A stretch of 64,000 bases of DNA, taken from assembly GCA_013239625.1 (NCBI GenBank), contig MU053934.1, forward strand, positions 6,032,399-6,096,398, in the 5' to 3' direction. Below the pieces are notes generated by a model, which was not told the DNA's origin, made no database searches, and saw only the letters and a list, made by a program, of their open reading frames with translations. This DNA comes from Lama guanicoe (Eukaryota). The position numbers and the translations under genes were made by a program. Each line of letters opens with the position of its first letter. Positions within the stretch are counted from its first letter, which is position 1. Shown here one piece after another: positions 25,601-37,600 of this stretch.

Positions 25601-28600
25601 GTGGCACTGGCGTCCTCCAGCCTTCTGTTCTCAAATAACCCCTGTGGGGCGCATATTTGAAACGCACGTATCTGTTCAGATCCATGTATCTTCATTTGGC
25701 TCTTGCTGTGGGCCAGGAAGCTGCACAAAGGAAAGGGTATGGCTCTCGGGTCTCCGCTGTGACCTTGAGCAAGTTAGTTCTTCTCTCTCCACTTTCTTTC
25801 CCGCATCTGGGATGTGGGGATAATGGTGCATGCCTCGAGGGTTCATGGAGGATGAAAATGAGATGTTTGGGGCGGTGCCTGGCACAGCGCTGGCACACAG
25901 TAGGAGCGTCTCTGTGCAGGTCATCTTCCCTGGTCATGGCTGTAGGAAGAAAACCCCTGAACCTGACCCAGAGAGATGGGGCAGGTGACCCCCCTTGGGC
26001 CTGGGCGCAGGGTGCCTTGGAGGGCACCATGGACCCCACCCGCCTGGCTGGGGCTCCTCTGCTGCCCTAGCTGATGGGACCCTGAGCATCTTTGCAGAAT
26101 CCTCATCTCTTCCCACCTCTCTCCAATCTCTGGCAGGAATTGGAAACCTTCTCTCTGCTCAGTAACGGCACCGCGGCTGGTGTGGCAGATCAGGTAGGAT
26201 GGGGGCCAGGACCCCGAGCCTCCCTCCCAAGCCCCCCAGGCGCCCCCGCCACCTCAGGACCAACCTGTCTTGGTTCACCCGTCATGAGAGCTTGGGATTC
26301 ATTCTCTGGGAGGTAAATGACCTAAAGCAGCAGGGCCAGAGGCATCACACTGAAGGATCGGGCTCAATTTACCCCTGTCCCCACTGCTGTAGGCCAGCAC
26401 CTGCCCTGGGAAGAGGGATGACTGACAGCTTGGGCCTGGACCAGGCTCTCAAGGGCAGCTCTGGGACCCACAGCACCTCCACCTCCCAGAGGGGCCTCTT
26501 GTGACCGCAGGGGCGAAGAGTGGAGATGGGCTGTGGCTGCCGGTGGTGGAAGTGGTCACTGCAGGGGAACTGTCAGGGGTAACCCCACTCACAGACCCCT
26601 GAGAAAGGAAACGATGGCAGCAGGAAGGGTGGGAGTAAGGAAGGAGTGAAGGAGAAGGAGAAGCAGTTGGGACCAGGCCAGCAGGCCCTGTCCCCCCAGC
26701 ACACGCATCAGGCCCCCCCACCGCTCACCACGCAGGAACTGCTCAGGTGGACTTTGAGGCTTCCTGGAAGGGGAGGAACAGGCTGTACGAGCGCTGAGGG
26801 GGGCTGGTGTCCTGCTGCTTCCTTGTACAAGGGCCGACTGAGGCCCACGAGTGAGGAGGGGACTTGGCTGATATCGCATAGCGAGGCAGCAGCAGGCCTG
26901 CCTCCCTCCCTCCAGAGCATTCCAGTACTTTCATTCATTCACTCAACAAACTCTCAGGGCTGAGTTACTTGTGTCCTTGCCCTTGGAGGGTTACCAGGCT
27001 GCAAGGGAGGCAAATGTGGATCTGCGTATATAGCACTCATGATGGTTCATAACCCAGAATTATATTAGGCCTGGCACCTACCGGGTCCTTAAAAAAAAAA
27101 AATTAAGTGAATGTCTTAGTCTGTTCAGGCTACTGTGATAAAATGCCATGTACTGGGTGATTTATAAAGAAAATAACTTTATTACAGTTCTGGAAACTGG
27201 GAAGTCCAAGATCCAGGTGCTAGCAGATTCGGTGTCTGGGGAGGACCCCCCTCCTAGGTCACAGGTGGTCCTCGAGTTGTAATCTCACAGGGCAAGATCA
27301 CCAGGGCCTGGACCAGGCTCTCAAGGGCATGAGGGCTCCACCCTTATGACCTAATCGCCTCCCAAAGGCCACCTTCCCCTAGGACCATAATCTTAAGGGT
27401 TAGGATTTCAACATATGAATTTTGGAGGGATGAGCATTCAGACCATAGCAGTGAGTGAATGAATGCACAGCTGCAAATAATTTCACAACACCTGGAGGGA
27501 GGTACTATTTACCCACTATTACAAAGGAGAAACTGAGGCACAGAGGAATTAGGTGACTTGTCTGAGTTTATCCAGTGTGTGCCGGGCCCTGAGTTGGGGT
27601 CTGGGTATGTGCTGAACAAGACATACATGGCCCCTACCCTCAAAAAGCTCACAGTCCACTCCACAGTCTGATTCCAGCCTCCCTGTCCATCCTCACCATC
27701 TTTTCCTCACCCACCAGACGTGTGTGCACCCATCCCCTTGGCTCTACCGTGAGCTCCCCTGGGACACACACAGCAGGTGCACTGAAAATATTTGTTGAGT
27801 GACTAAATGACTGTGGCCAAAGGGCCACAGCAGATGTGGGTGGAATGCCCAGCTCCACAAAGGCCAACCTTTGGTGTCTACTGAATCTGCAGCCAGAGGA
27901 CCACCCCAGCCCCTGCCAAACCAGTCACCCATCCCTGCAACCTTGCTGGGGGCCCCACTACCTGCACAGAGGCCAGGGCAGTTCACAAGGATGAGGGTCT
28001 GTGAGAAGCCCACACAGAGTAGACTCCACGGTGGAGAGGACAGGTCAGACCCTGCCTCAGTGCACTAGCGTGGTGCTGCGTGTGTGTACACATGTGCATG
28101 CATGCAGACATACCCGCATCCAGCACACACTCCCACACCCACATATCCCCTCCCACACATACATAGTGGCCTAAGGACACACAGGGGACAGGAGGACAGG
28201 GGAAGTGTCCCAGCCAGATCCCCTGATCGTCTTTAAGTTATATACAGACACTGCGTGTGGGCCTGGCTGCTGGGATCCCTGCAGGGTTCCCCATGTGGAA
28301 GTACCAAGATATCCACATGCATGCCTGGGAGTGGAGACTGCACGAGCTGTGCCCATGAGGAGCTTCTAACGACCTGGGAAACAGGCACGGCCCTGCGGGT
28401 GTGGCGTCTGAGCCACGGCTGCCACTTGGCAACAGGGGGAGCAAGATGCCAGGAGGGCTGTGAGTTCTAGGAAGACAGAGCCTGAGGCAGCCTTGGCCTC
28501 TTGCTCTCCTTGGACTTCATAGAGCTGGAGTGGCAGGATTCAGGCAGGTGGAGAGGAGGGAACAGCTCCCAAGGCCAGGGGAGAGTGAAGGCTTGAGCAA

Positions 28601-31600
28601 AGGCCTAGAGGCAGGTGGGGAAATACCCACCACAGCCCAGAGCTGGACACAAGCCAGGCAAGTCCACTCGGACGGAACGTGGAGGCTGATGAATGAGGAC
28701 ACCCGTTCCCTGCAGCCAACCTCCTGATGACTTAGATTAAAATCTGATGTTGCACATTTAACAAACACATAAAGCACTTCCTCTGTGTCAGGCCCTGTTC
28801 TAAGCTCTGTACAAATTTCAAGTGATTTCATCCTTTTAACAGTCTGAGGAGGTGGATGACTGTATCATCCTTACCTTACTAGTAAGGAAACGGGCCCAGA
28901 GAGGACGGGGAACTTGGCAAGGCCACAGAGCAAGCTCAGAAGGTCCGAGGGTGGCACTGGGATCCCACCTGGGCTGATTTAGCCTGGGGCTGTAATGAGG
29001 GAGGGACATTGGTGATTCAGGAGTGGCACTTTTGTCTTTGAGCTGCAGACTATCCAGGCCTGGCATGTGTGTAGAGGGCTGGGTACCTTCCCAAGGTATG
29101 GGCCCTGTCCTGTGATGGGTGAGGAAGCTGGACCCAGAGGTCGTGTCCCTTCCCCTGAGGGCACTCCCTCGGGGGCGACATGAGGCTGGTCTAACTCCCC
29201 CTCCCCCTGCCTCCTTGGTTAGCATCAGCGTCAGTTGCTTGGGGAGGGGCCTCGAGTGCTGGGCACCACGGCTCTCAGTCTGCCTGATCCGCCCTGTCCT
29301 TCCTCTCCACAGGGAACTTCCAATGGATTGGGGTCCATAGATGACATCGAAACAGGTAGTATGCCTGGTGCACCGGGGTTGGGTGGAGACCCTGTACCGG
29401 GGTAGGCGTCAGAGGAGTCAAGTCCCTCCCCTCCCAGCCCTGTAGACAGGGACTCCTGAGGGCTCCCTGCCCCGACTACCTGAACATGAGAGAAGACAGT
29501 GAGTTCAGGAAAACAGACCCCACCCTACCTCGGACAGGGGAGAGCATCTCTCCAGCCTGAGAGGTGGGGGGACCCTATCCTCCAACTAGGAATCCCACCT
29601 TCTTCAAAGTCCACTCTCCCTTTTCCCACTGACTTCCAGGAAGGGTCACATTCCATTTGATTATTTTTTAGTTTTTGAGGGGGAGGTAGTTAGGTTTGCT
29701 TATTTATTTACTTATTTTTGGAGGAGAACTGGGGATCGAACCCAAGACCCTGGGTGTGCTAAGCCTGTGCTCTGCCCCTTGAGCTACACCCTCCCCTCCT
29801 GGAGGGGCCACATTTTAAAAGTGTCAGAGAGGGCATTGCTTCCCCCAGAGGCAGGACATTCAGGCCCTGACCAGGCCCATCAGGGAGACACTGGAGGAGC
29901 CCCTCCCACTCCATGGCATCCCTTCTTCACTAGCTGAGCCTCCCCCGATGGGGCAAGGCCAGCAGGGCTCCTGGTGGGAGGTGGGGAAAGGAGGGATGGT
30001 GTTGGATGAGGACCCCAGGGCCCTGGGACACCAACCCCACTCCTGCCAAGCAGGACCCCTACAGCTACTGAGCCCCACCCCATCCACAGATTGCTACGTG
30101 GACCTGCGAGGCTCCCCGGCCCCCCTCCCCTCTACCCCTACGATGCCCCTCTTCCCTCACGTTCTGGACCTATTGGCCCCCCTGGACAGCAGCAGCAGGG
30201 CCCTCCCCGGCACTGACAGCCTGGATGACTTCTCCGATGGGGACGTCTTTGGTCCGGAGCTGGACACCCTCCTAGACTCGCTGGTGAGCCATGCTGTGCC
30301 CTCCTGTTCCTCTGAGCCCTTCTCCCACCTAGGACCCCATCACAATCATCCTCATGTCCCATGTGGGGTGAAAGGAAGGCCCTATCTCCCTGTCACAGCT
30401 GGGGAAACGGAGGCAAAGGGACTTGCTCTGGGTAGAAACAAGACGGAGCAGAACCTGCATCCAGAAGGGATGGAAGATCCCTGGCTCCACCTCTTCACCC
30501 AGTGGGACAGGTTGGCGCCCAGACACAGAGGGGTCAGCTAGCTTCGGGCCTGCAGTGCCTGGGGTTCTGCCCAGGCCTGAGTGGTCCAGTTATCCTCCGA
30601 CCCCTCCCTCTGTTCCCACCTCACAGTCTCTGATGCAGGGTGGCCTGCCTGGCAGCGGTGTGCCCAGTGAGTTGCCCCAGCTGATACCCGTGTTTCCTGG
30701 CGGGACCCCGCTGCTGCCACCTGTGGTAGGCGGCTCCATCCCCGTCTCCAGCCCATTGCCCCCTGCCTCCTTCGGCCTCGTCATGGACCCTTCCAAGAAG
30801 CTGGCTGCCTCTGTGCTGGATGCCCTCGACCCTCCAGGCTCGGCTCTGGACTCCCTGGACCTGCTTCCATACTCAGAGACCCGGCTGGACGCCCTTGACA
30901 GCTTCGGGTCGACCCGTGGCTCCCTGGACAAGCCCAGCTCCTTCATGGGTGAGTCCTGGGTGGGCACGCTCCTTTCCAGTTTCTGGAGAGTGGAGTTGGA
31001 ATTACAGTTTTGTTTTGCCTCATGGTCTAGGGCCACGTCTTCTGAGTTTGTGTCTCCTGCAGCGCTCCGAACAGTGTGGGACTGAGGCCTAAGGGGTCAA
31101 ACAGCAGAGCTGAGATAGTTTAGGACTCCAGACTTGCATTCTGGTGTTCTCCGCCCAGCTTCCTGGGGCCCTGGGGTCGCCAGACTGGTGGGACCCCACG
31201 GGGATGATCCTGAGGCTGGGGGAAGGGTGCGAGGCCGTGGGCTCCTTCAGCACCACTCTGAGCTAGAGCGCTGGAGAGGAAACACACCTTGTGGGACTGG
31301 CTTTCTAACCGTTGGACTTAGGCCAGGGCACTCACTGCCAAGGAGAGCTCACAGAGCTGCAGGGGCACAGACGGGCTGCACAGAGACATCCTGGAGCGGT
31401 GATGGCGGAGCTGTCTCCGGGTCTCAAAGGAGGAGGTCATCTGCTGGCAGAGGCCACAGCGCCACACAGGCCTGATGACGCAGGGACTGGCAGACAAGCA
31501 GAGGGGAGGGCAGGTTGGGAGCCTTGAAGGCCTGAGGCTGGTCTCAGAGGGCCCATGAGCCTAGCTGAGAAGCTCGAACTTTCTCCTAAGGACCACGGGG

Positions 31601-34600
31601 CCAAGGAAGGTGTAAGCACAGGGTGGACATGCTCAGGCTAGGATGCTTCTATGTCCCTGGGCAGTGGCCTGAATAGTAGAGGATGTGTGCCCTGGATGGC
31701 TTCCCCAAGTTAAAAATACTTTAAGAGAAAGTCCTTGGGGGGCCCCTCATGCCCTTCAGAGCAGGTGGGTGACCCCTGTGTCTTCTGACCCAGAGGAAAC
31801 CAACTCCCAGGACCACCGTCCCCCGAGCGGCACTCAGAAGCCCGCCCCCTCGGTGAGTGATGCGGCGAGGATTGGTGACCAGGTACCTCGTGCTCTCTGG
31901 GGTGTGGGGGAAAGTGGCTGTGGGCTCCAGCGTGAGGGGTGAGCCCTCAGCATGGGATAGGTGCTGCATGCCCCAGGGGGCCAAGGAGGGGCACCCTCAG
32001 AACAGATGGGCCAGAGGTGGGCTCTTCCTTCCAAACCCTTCCTAGTCCAGCCGTGTGCTGGGAGGGCAAGCAGAGGGCACTGCCACCCTTGTCTGTCCAA
32101 AGAGGACATCGGGGCTCAGAGAGGTTAAGTAACTTCCCCAGGGTCCGTAACATCTCTGCTCTCGGGACTCGGCCAGGGTTGAGTTCAGGACAGCAGTTGA
32201 CCAGGACTTAGATGGCCTGCACTCTGGCCTCAGCCTAGACACAGCTGTGTGGCCCTGGGGACGTCACCCAACCTCTCCGAGTTTTGCCTTGGTGGCTCGG
32301 GAGAGAGGACAGGCAGACGAGCCTGTACAGGGCCACTGCTGTTCCTCTGCTTCCATGTTGGGCTTTCACTCAAGGAAAGGTCCTGGGCCAAGGTCACTGT
32401 CATCCATGCACCCCTATTACGGTAGTCTAGTCCTGCTGGGTTCTTGGATCATGTTAGAAGGAGCTCCCCGGCTGGGAGGGTAGAGGAAGAGGGAGGGTCC
32501 TGTGCTGCAGTTCTGCTCATGGGTGGGATTAGGGGGTGTCACAGTGCCCGCACCTCTGGTGCCCAGGCTGGCCCCAGTGGTCCAGCCCCCAAATGGCCAG
32601 CCTCCTCCTATCACAGCCAGAGCCTTCCATGCCTAACACCGCCTTGCTCATCAAGAACCCTTTGGCTGCCACCCACGAGTTCAAGCAGGCCTGCCAGCTC
32701 TGCTACCCCAAAACAGGTAATGTCCCTCCTTTATCCACCCTCTGCCCAGAAATGCCCAGAATCGCAGAAGCATAAAATTCCAGAATGACAGAATCCTAGT
32801 GGACCAGTCAGAGATGAATGTGGAAAGACAGAAGCCCCTCCAGCTATTTCCAGCAGACAGGGATGTAACGTGGGAGTCGGGGACTTTCAAAACTGCTGGA
32901 AAGGCAGGAGGCGCGGAAGCCAGGAGTCTCACTGGGCCTTTAGGCTACTTCTCCACAAGCTGAGGACCAGAAGTCGGGCTGTGCTGCTCTCACACGGAGC
33001 TCTAGAGGCTGCCCGAATTGCTGGCCAGTGTCACAACCACCCTGCAGCTCAGAGGCTGGTGCCTGGCTGTGGAACCAGAGTCCAGCTGGCATCTGCCAAA
33101 AGAAATGCAGCCCCCTCCCCTCCCCACGCTCCACTAACCGTCCACCTCTCGCTGGGTGACGTGAAGCCTTGCCTAGAACCCAGGTGGTGAGGGAGTCTAG
33201 GAAGTATAGTTCCTAGACTCCTGGCCCCTAAAACCAAGGGAGACTGTAGAAGCAGTTCAGAATAGAGGCCCAATGTTGGTGGACAATTTAAGCACACCTT
33301 GAATTTCAGAATTCTAGACGCTAAGACTCATGGCGTTTTATTTGCCAGAATCCCACAGTCCTGACATTTTAGAATTAATAATCTCTTGGTATCTCAGGGT
33401 TAAAAATCTTACCGGTCTAGAATTCTCCATCTCAGAGGTGTTGGAATTGACAGGACCTCAGAGGTCGTCTAGTTGCTGCCGTCCACCCGCTGCAGGACTT
33501 TCCCCCCCGTCTCCTCAGCAGTCATCCTACCAAAGCCTGTGGCCCTGCGGGGATGGGGAGCAAAACGCTGTCTTGCTGGTTGGCTGTGCCCATGAGAATT
33601 CTTCCTTGCATGGACCTCAGCCTGCCTCCCCGGTCCGCACACCCACTGCTCGCTGCCCCTGCGCTGGGGGAGCAGACTGACGCCCCACGAGCTGGTGCAC
33701 AACCGGTGCTGGCCCAGCCAGATCACATGGGGTCCCCACAAGGCCATTTCCTCTTGGTTGTTTTGAGGAGACCCCCCACCCCATTGTTGGGAGAGGAAGC
33801 CCTTGGTCAGAAGATTTGAGAGGACCAGGGAAGAGGAAAAGGAGGGGGAGAGGAGGACTCTGGCAGAGGAGGAATCTTTCCAGGGCAGAAGGGAGGGAGG
33901 GGCCTGGTCTCTACCAGGCACTCTCTTCATAATTTGTTCTAGGGAAACACTGAGGTGGTCAGGCTCCCTGGAGAATCAGGGTGGTGGTAGAAAGTGGGTG
34001 GGTGCTGGAAGGGGCTCCCTGGAGGGCGTCTCCTCAGCCTGAGGCCCCCATCTCCAGGGAGCCTGTGGCACGGAAGGGGTGGCAGGAACTGGCGGGAGGC
34101 CCAGGGGAAGGAGGTGGGTTTTTCAGGTCTGGGGGCTAATTCCCACTGCTTGGGCATCAGCCGTCCCCTTCAGTTCCGCTTCCAGAACCACAGCCCCTGT
34201 CCTCCCTGCCCGGCAGGCCCCAGGGCGGGTGACTACACCTACCGCGAGGGCCTTGAGCACAAGTGCAAGCGGGACATCCTGCTCGGCCGCCTCCGGAGCT
34301 CCGAGGACCAGACCTGGAAGCGGATCCGGCCGCGGCCCACCAAGACCAGCTTCGTGGGCTCCTACTACCTGTGCAAAGGTGGGTGGGCCTGGCTCCTCAC
34401 GCCCAGCCGCCACTGCTCCTCATCACAGGCAGCGGCGGTAGTCCATGGAGGATGGACCGAACATCAGAACGAGCAGCGCGTGCCCTGACCAGCCCCCCGG
34501 ACAGGCGGGAACATCCAGTGTTTCTCTGGAGCTGGAGCCCGCCGGGCCTGCACCCCCGGGTGGCAGGGTCAGACAGTTCACGCACAGCTAGTTTCTGTTG

Positions 34601-37600
34601 CACTGCAGGGTCCCAACGGGCTGTTGGAAGGAGGTGGAGAGTCCGTGTAAAGTGCTGGGGACTGGCACGTAGTCAGGGCTTGATGAATATTAGCATTTAA
34701 AAGTGAGTATGTTGTGTCGTTGTCCTCACCTCTGGGCTCACGTCAGTTTGGTTAACATGGACGTCTGTCAAGTACCTCATTTGCTCTCTTCTGTTCCCCA
34801 ATCAAGCGTCTCAGTGCCGTCTACATGGCAAGACGTGAACAGTCTTGATGTTTGAAGTGCTTTATAGCATCCCCTTTTGTCATCACACATCCTCACAACA
34901 ACTCTGGGTGAGGAAACAGGCTCTGGGAGCCCGCTCCAGGCTCCAGCTTTATCCCACAACCAGCCCGTGACAGGAGCTCCTCCTGGCTTTCTGGATCAGC
35001 TCGTTGTCTTCCCAGCTGGATCTTAAAGATTTGTCATTTCTGAGCACAAAGGCCTCCGCCAGCCTTGCCCTGGCCGGTGTGGATGAAGTCCCAATTCTGC
35101 GAGGCCTACGCGTCCCCCATCTGCCCCAGCCATTCCCCAAATACGCTGAACCCTGGCTGACTCCTTGCACATGCTGTGCCCGAGGAACTTGGTCATCCTC
35201 TGTTCCTCCTTTGAGCAGGCCCTGGATCTTGGGAAGCCCTTCCCTGCAGGGCTTCCCCCTGGGTGCAGAGCTGGTTACAACGCAGAGCTGTCTATGGGGT
35301 CACCCAGCCGTGTGCCTGCAGGCCTGGTGGCAGGATGGGACGGGGCCAACTTAGGAAGACTGTGAGGCAGGGAGAGAAAGAAAGAGGAACAGTTCCCACC
35401 CTCAGGAAATGGCCGGTCTCTGGGCAGTGAGCCTGCTGCCCTCCCAACTCCCTGGCCCCCTGGAGTTTTATCTGTTATTTCTCTTCATCCCCACGACAGC
35501 CCATGTCCTCCCTTCATGGACAGACAGCTGAGACTCAGGAGTAACAAAGATTCCCAGCCCAAGTCTGCCAGACTCCAAGGTGCATGCCTTCCGCCACCAG
35601 TGGCAGTTTCACACCCCTCGTGTTTATGTAGAGGCTCCACAGAGCCCTTTCCATGCCCGTCCTCTCGCCTGACCCACACACGGCAGCCTGTGGGGTGCTG
35701 GGGCCGGGATGGCCGCCGTGCTTTGCACATGAAGACTCAGGAACCCCCCGCACCTAGGTGTAGAGCAGAGGAGGGGCCTGGCCTGGGAAGGGCTTTCCCT
35801 GAGCTCTGCCACCATCCCCCGTTCAAGTCCTCGTGTCGGCCAGCCCCACCGCACACTCCGCTGAGCCCGGGCCCCGCCAGGTAGTCACCGGCCACAGTGG
35901 TGGTCATCAGGGCGCTGCCGGCTGCCGTCCTGCCTGGCGGAACGTGTGTCCTGTTGCCTCTTTGCAGACATGATTAACAAGCAGGACTGTAAGTACGGGG
36001 ATAACTGCACCTTCGCCTACCATCAGGAGGAGATCGACGTGTGGACGGAGGAGCGGAAGGGCACCCTCAACCGCGACCTGCTCTTCGACCCGCTGGGGGG
36101 CGTAAAGCGCGGCAGCCTCACCATCGCCAAGCTCCTCAAGGAGCACCAGGGCATCTTCACTTTCCTCTGTGAGGTACCTGCTGCCTGCCCGCCCACTGGC
36201 CCCTCCACGCTCGCTGCACAGACAGAGTTGGGAGGGGCTCCCGGCGCGCTCCGCCATGGACTGGCAGCCCCGGAGCCCACGGGTTCTGGGGGCCTGACCT
36301 CAGAATCAGTAGGTCCTTGGACTGTCAGTTAGGCCCATAGGAGCCTATCACACTAGAGCCCAGATCCTACCCAGCCCCCTCGTTTTGCAGAGGTAGAAAC
36401 TGGGGCCAGACAGAGAAATAACCACACCTGCTCTTTCCTTGCGGCCGTCATAGACTCAGGTGCTCTAAGTCCTCCTCATCCTCCCCACGCCTCCTCGCCC
36501 AGCTGAGCTGGCTTCAATGCCCGCTGTGCCTTCCTGCCCCCTTTCCTGCCTGTGTCCAGCCTGAGCCCTCTCTCTGGAGTGCCCTCCCCATTTGTGCGTC
36601 TTGGACCCTCTGAGGCTCAGCTCTGAGCCCAGCAGCTCCGCCAAGCTATTCATTTCCTCCCAGGAGCTGTCACAGAAGACCGTGCTGGCCTCCTGTCTCC
36701 CCACCCATCCAGCCCTAGTGTGATGGGACAGGGACAGCATCAGGTCTGTCTCCATGAAGTGAGAGCCGGGGGTCCAGGCTGTTGGCAGAGTTCAGTACCG
36801 CTCAGCCAACCTTGATCCACCACACAGCCAGCCCTTCCCTCCGACTCTTAGAGCAGGTGGGCTGCCCATTCCCTTCAGGGAGTCGCGGCTCACAGCCAGA
36901 TGGCTGCATGTACTTTACAAAGCAGTTCTGTTACATCCTTTTCTAGCTTCACAGTGAACCTGGGGAACAGAGCAGGTGTGGTTTTCCCCAGGCTACAGGT
37001 GAGGAAACTGAGGCTAAGAGATGATACGGAGTAACCCCCTGCCCAGGCATTTGGAGTGATGGGATCAGAGAGGGAAGGCCACAGACCCTGGGATTCCCTT
37101 CCTCACTCCCCTGACTCAGGGCAGGGCTTGCAAGGACCCAGTCTGTCCCTCCTGGATGGCCATGCTGGGTCCCAGCCCACTCTCTCCCCGGGCAGATCTG
37201 CTTTGACAGTAAACCTCGGATCATCAGCAAAGGCACCAAGGACTCTCCGTCTGTCTGCTCCAACCTGGCTGCCAAGCACAGCTTCTACAACAACAAGTGA
37301 GTGGGACCCATACCTGGGCCAGGCCCAGGGTGGTAGCAGGTAGAGAGTCCCCCAGGGGTCCCCCAGCTCAGATGCCTGGGGAGCAGCTGAGGCCAGATGG
37401 TGGGCCTTGGGTGTCAAGGCCAGAGGCAGGATTTGGGACTCAGATCCAGCATCCACCTAGAAAGGACAGAACTACGTTTATTGAGTATCTGCTATATTCC
37501 ACGCATTCTCTTGGGTGCTGTAATAATTTCTGCAGTCCTGTGAGGGAAGAGTTAGTATCTCTGATGTACAGATGAGAAACCTGAGGCTTGGAAGCAGCTT

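Noticed and set aside
33290..33470. Recurring AGAATT/TCTAG motifs resembling heat-shock elements
   Set aside because: Spacing does not fit nGAAnnTTCnnGAAn; looks like a decayed MIR-associated simple repeat
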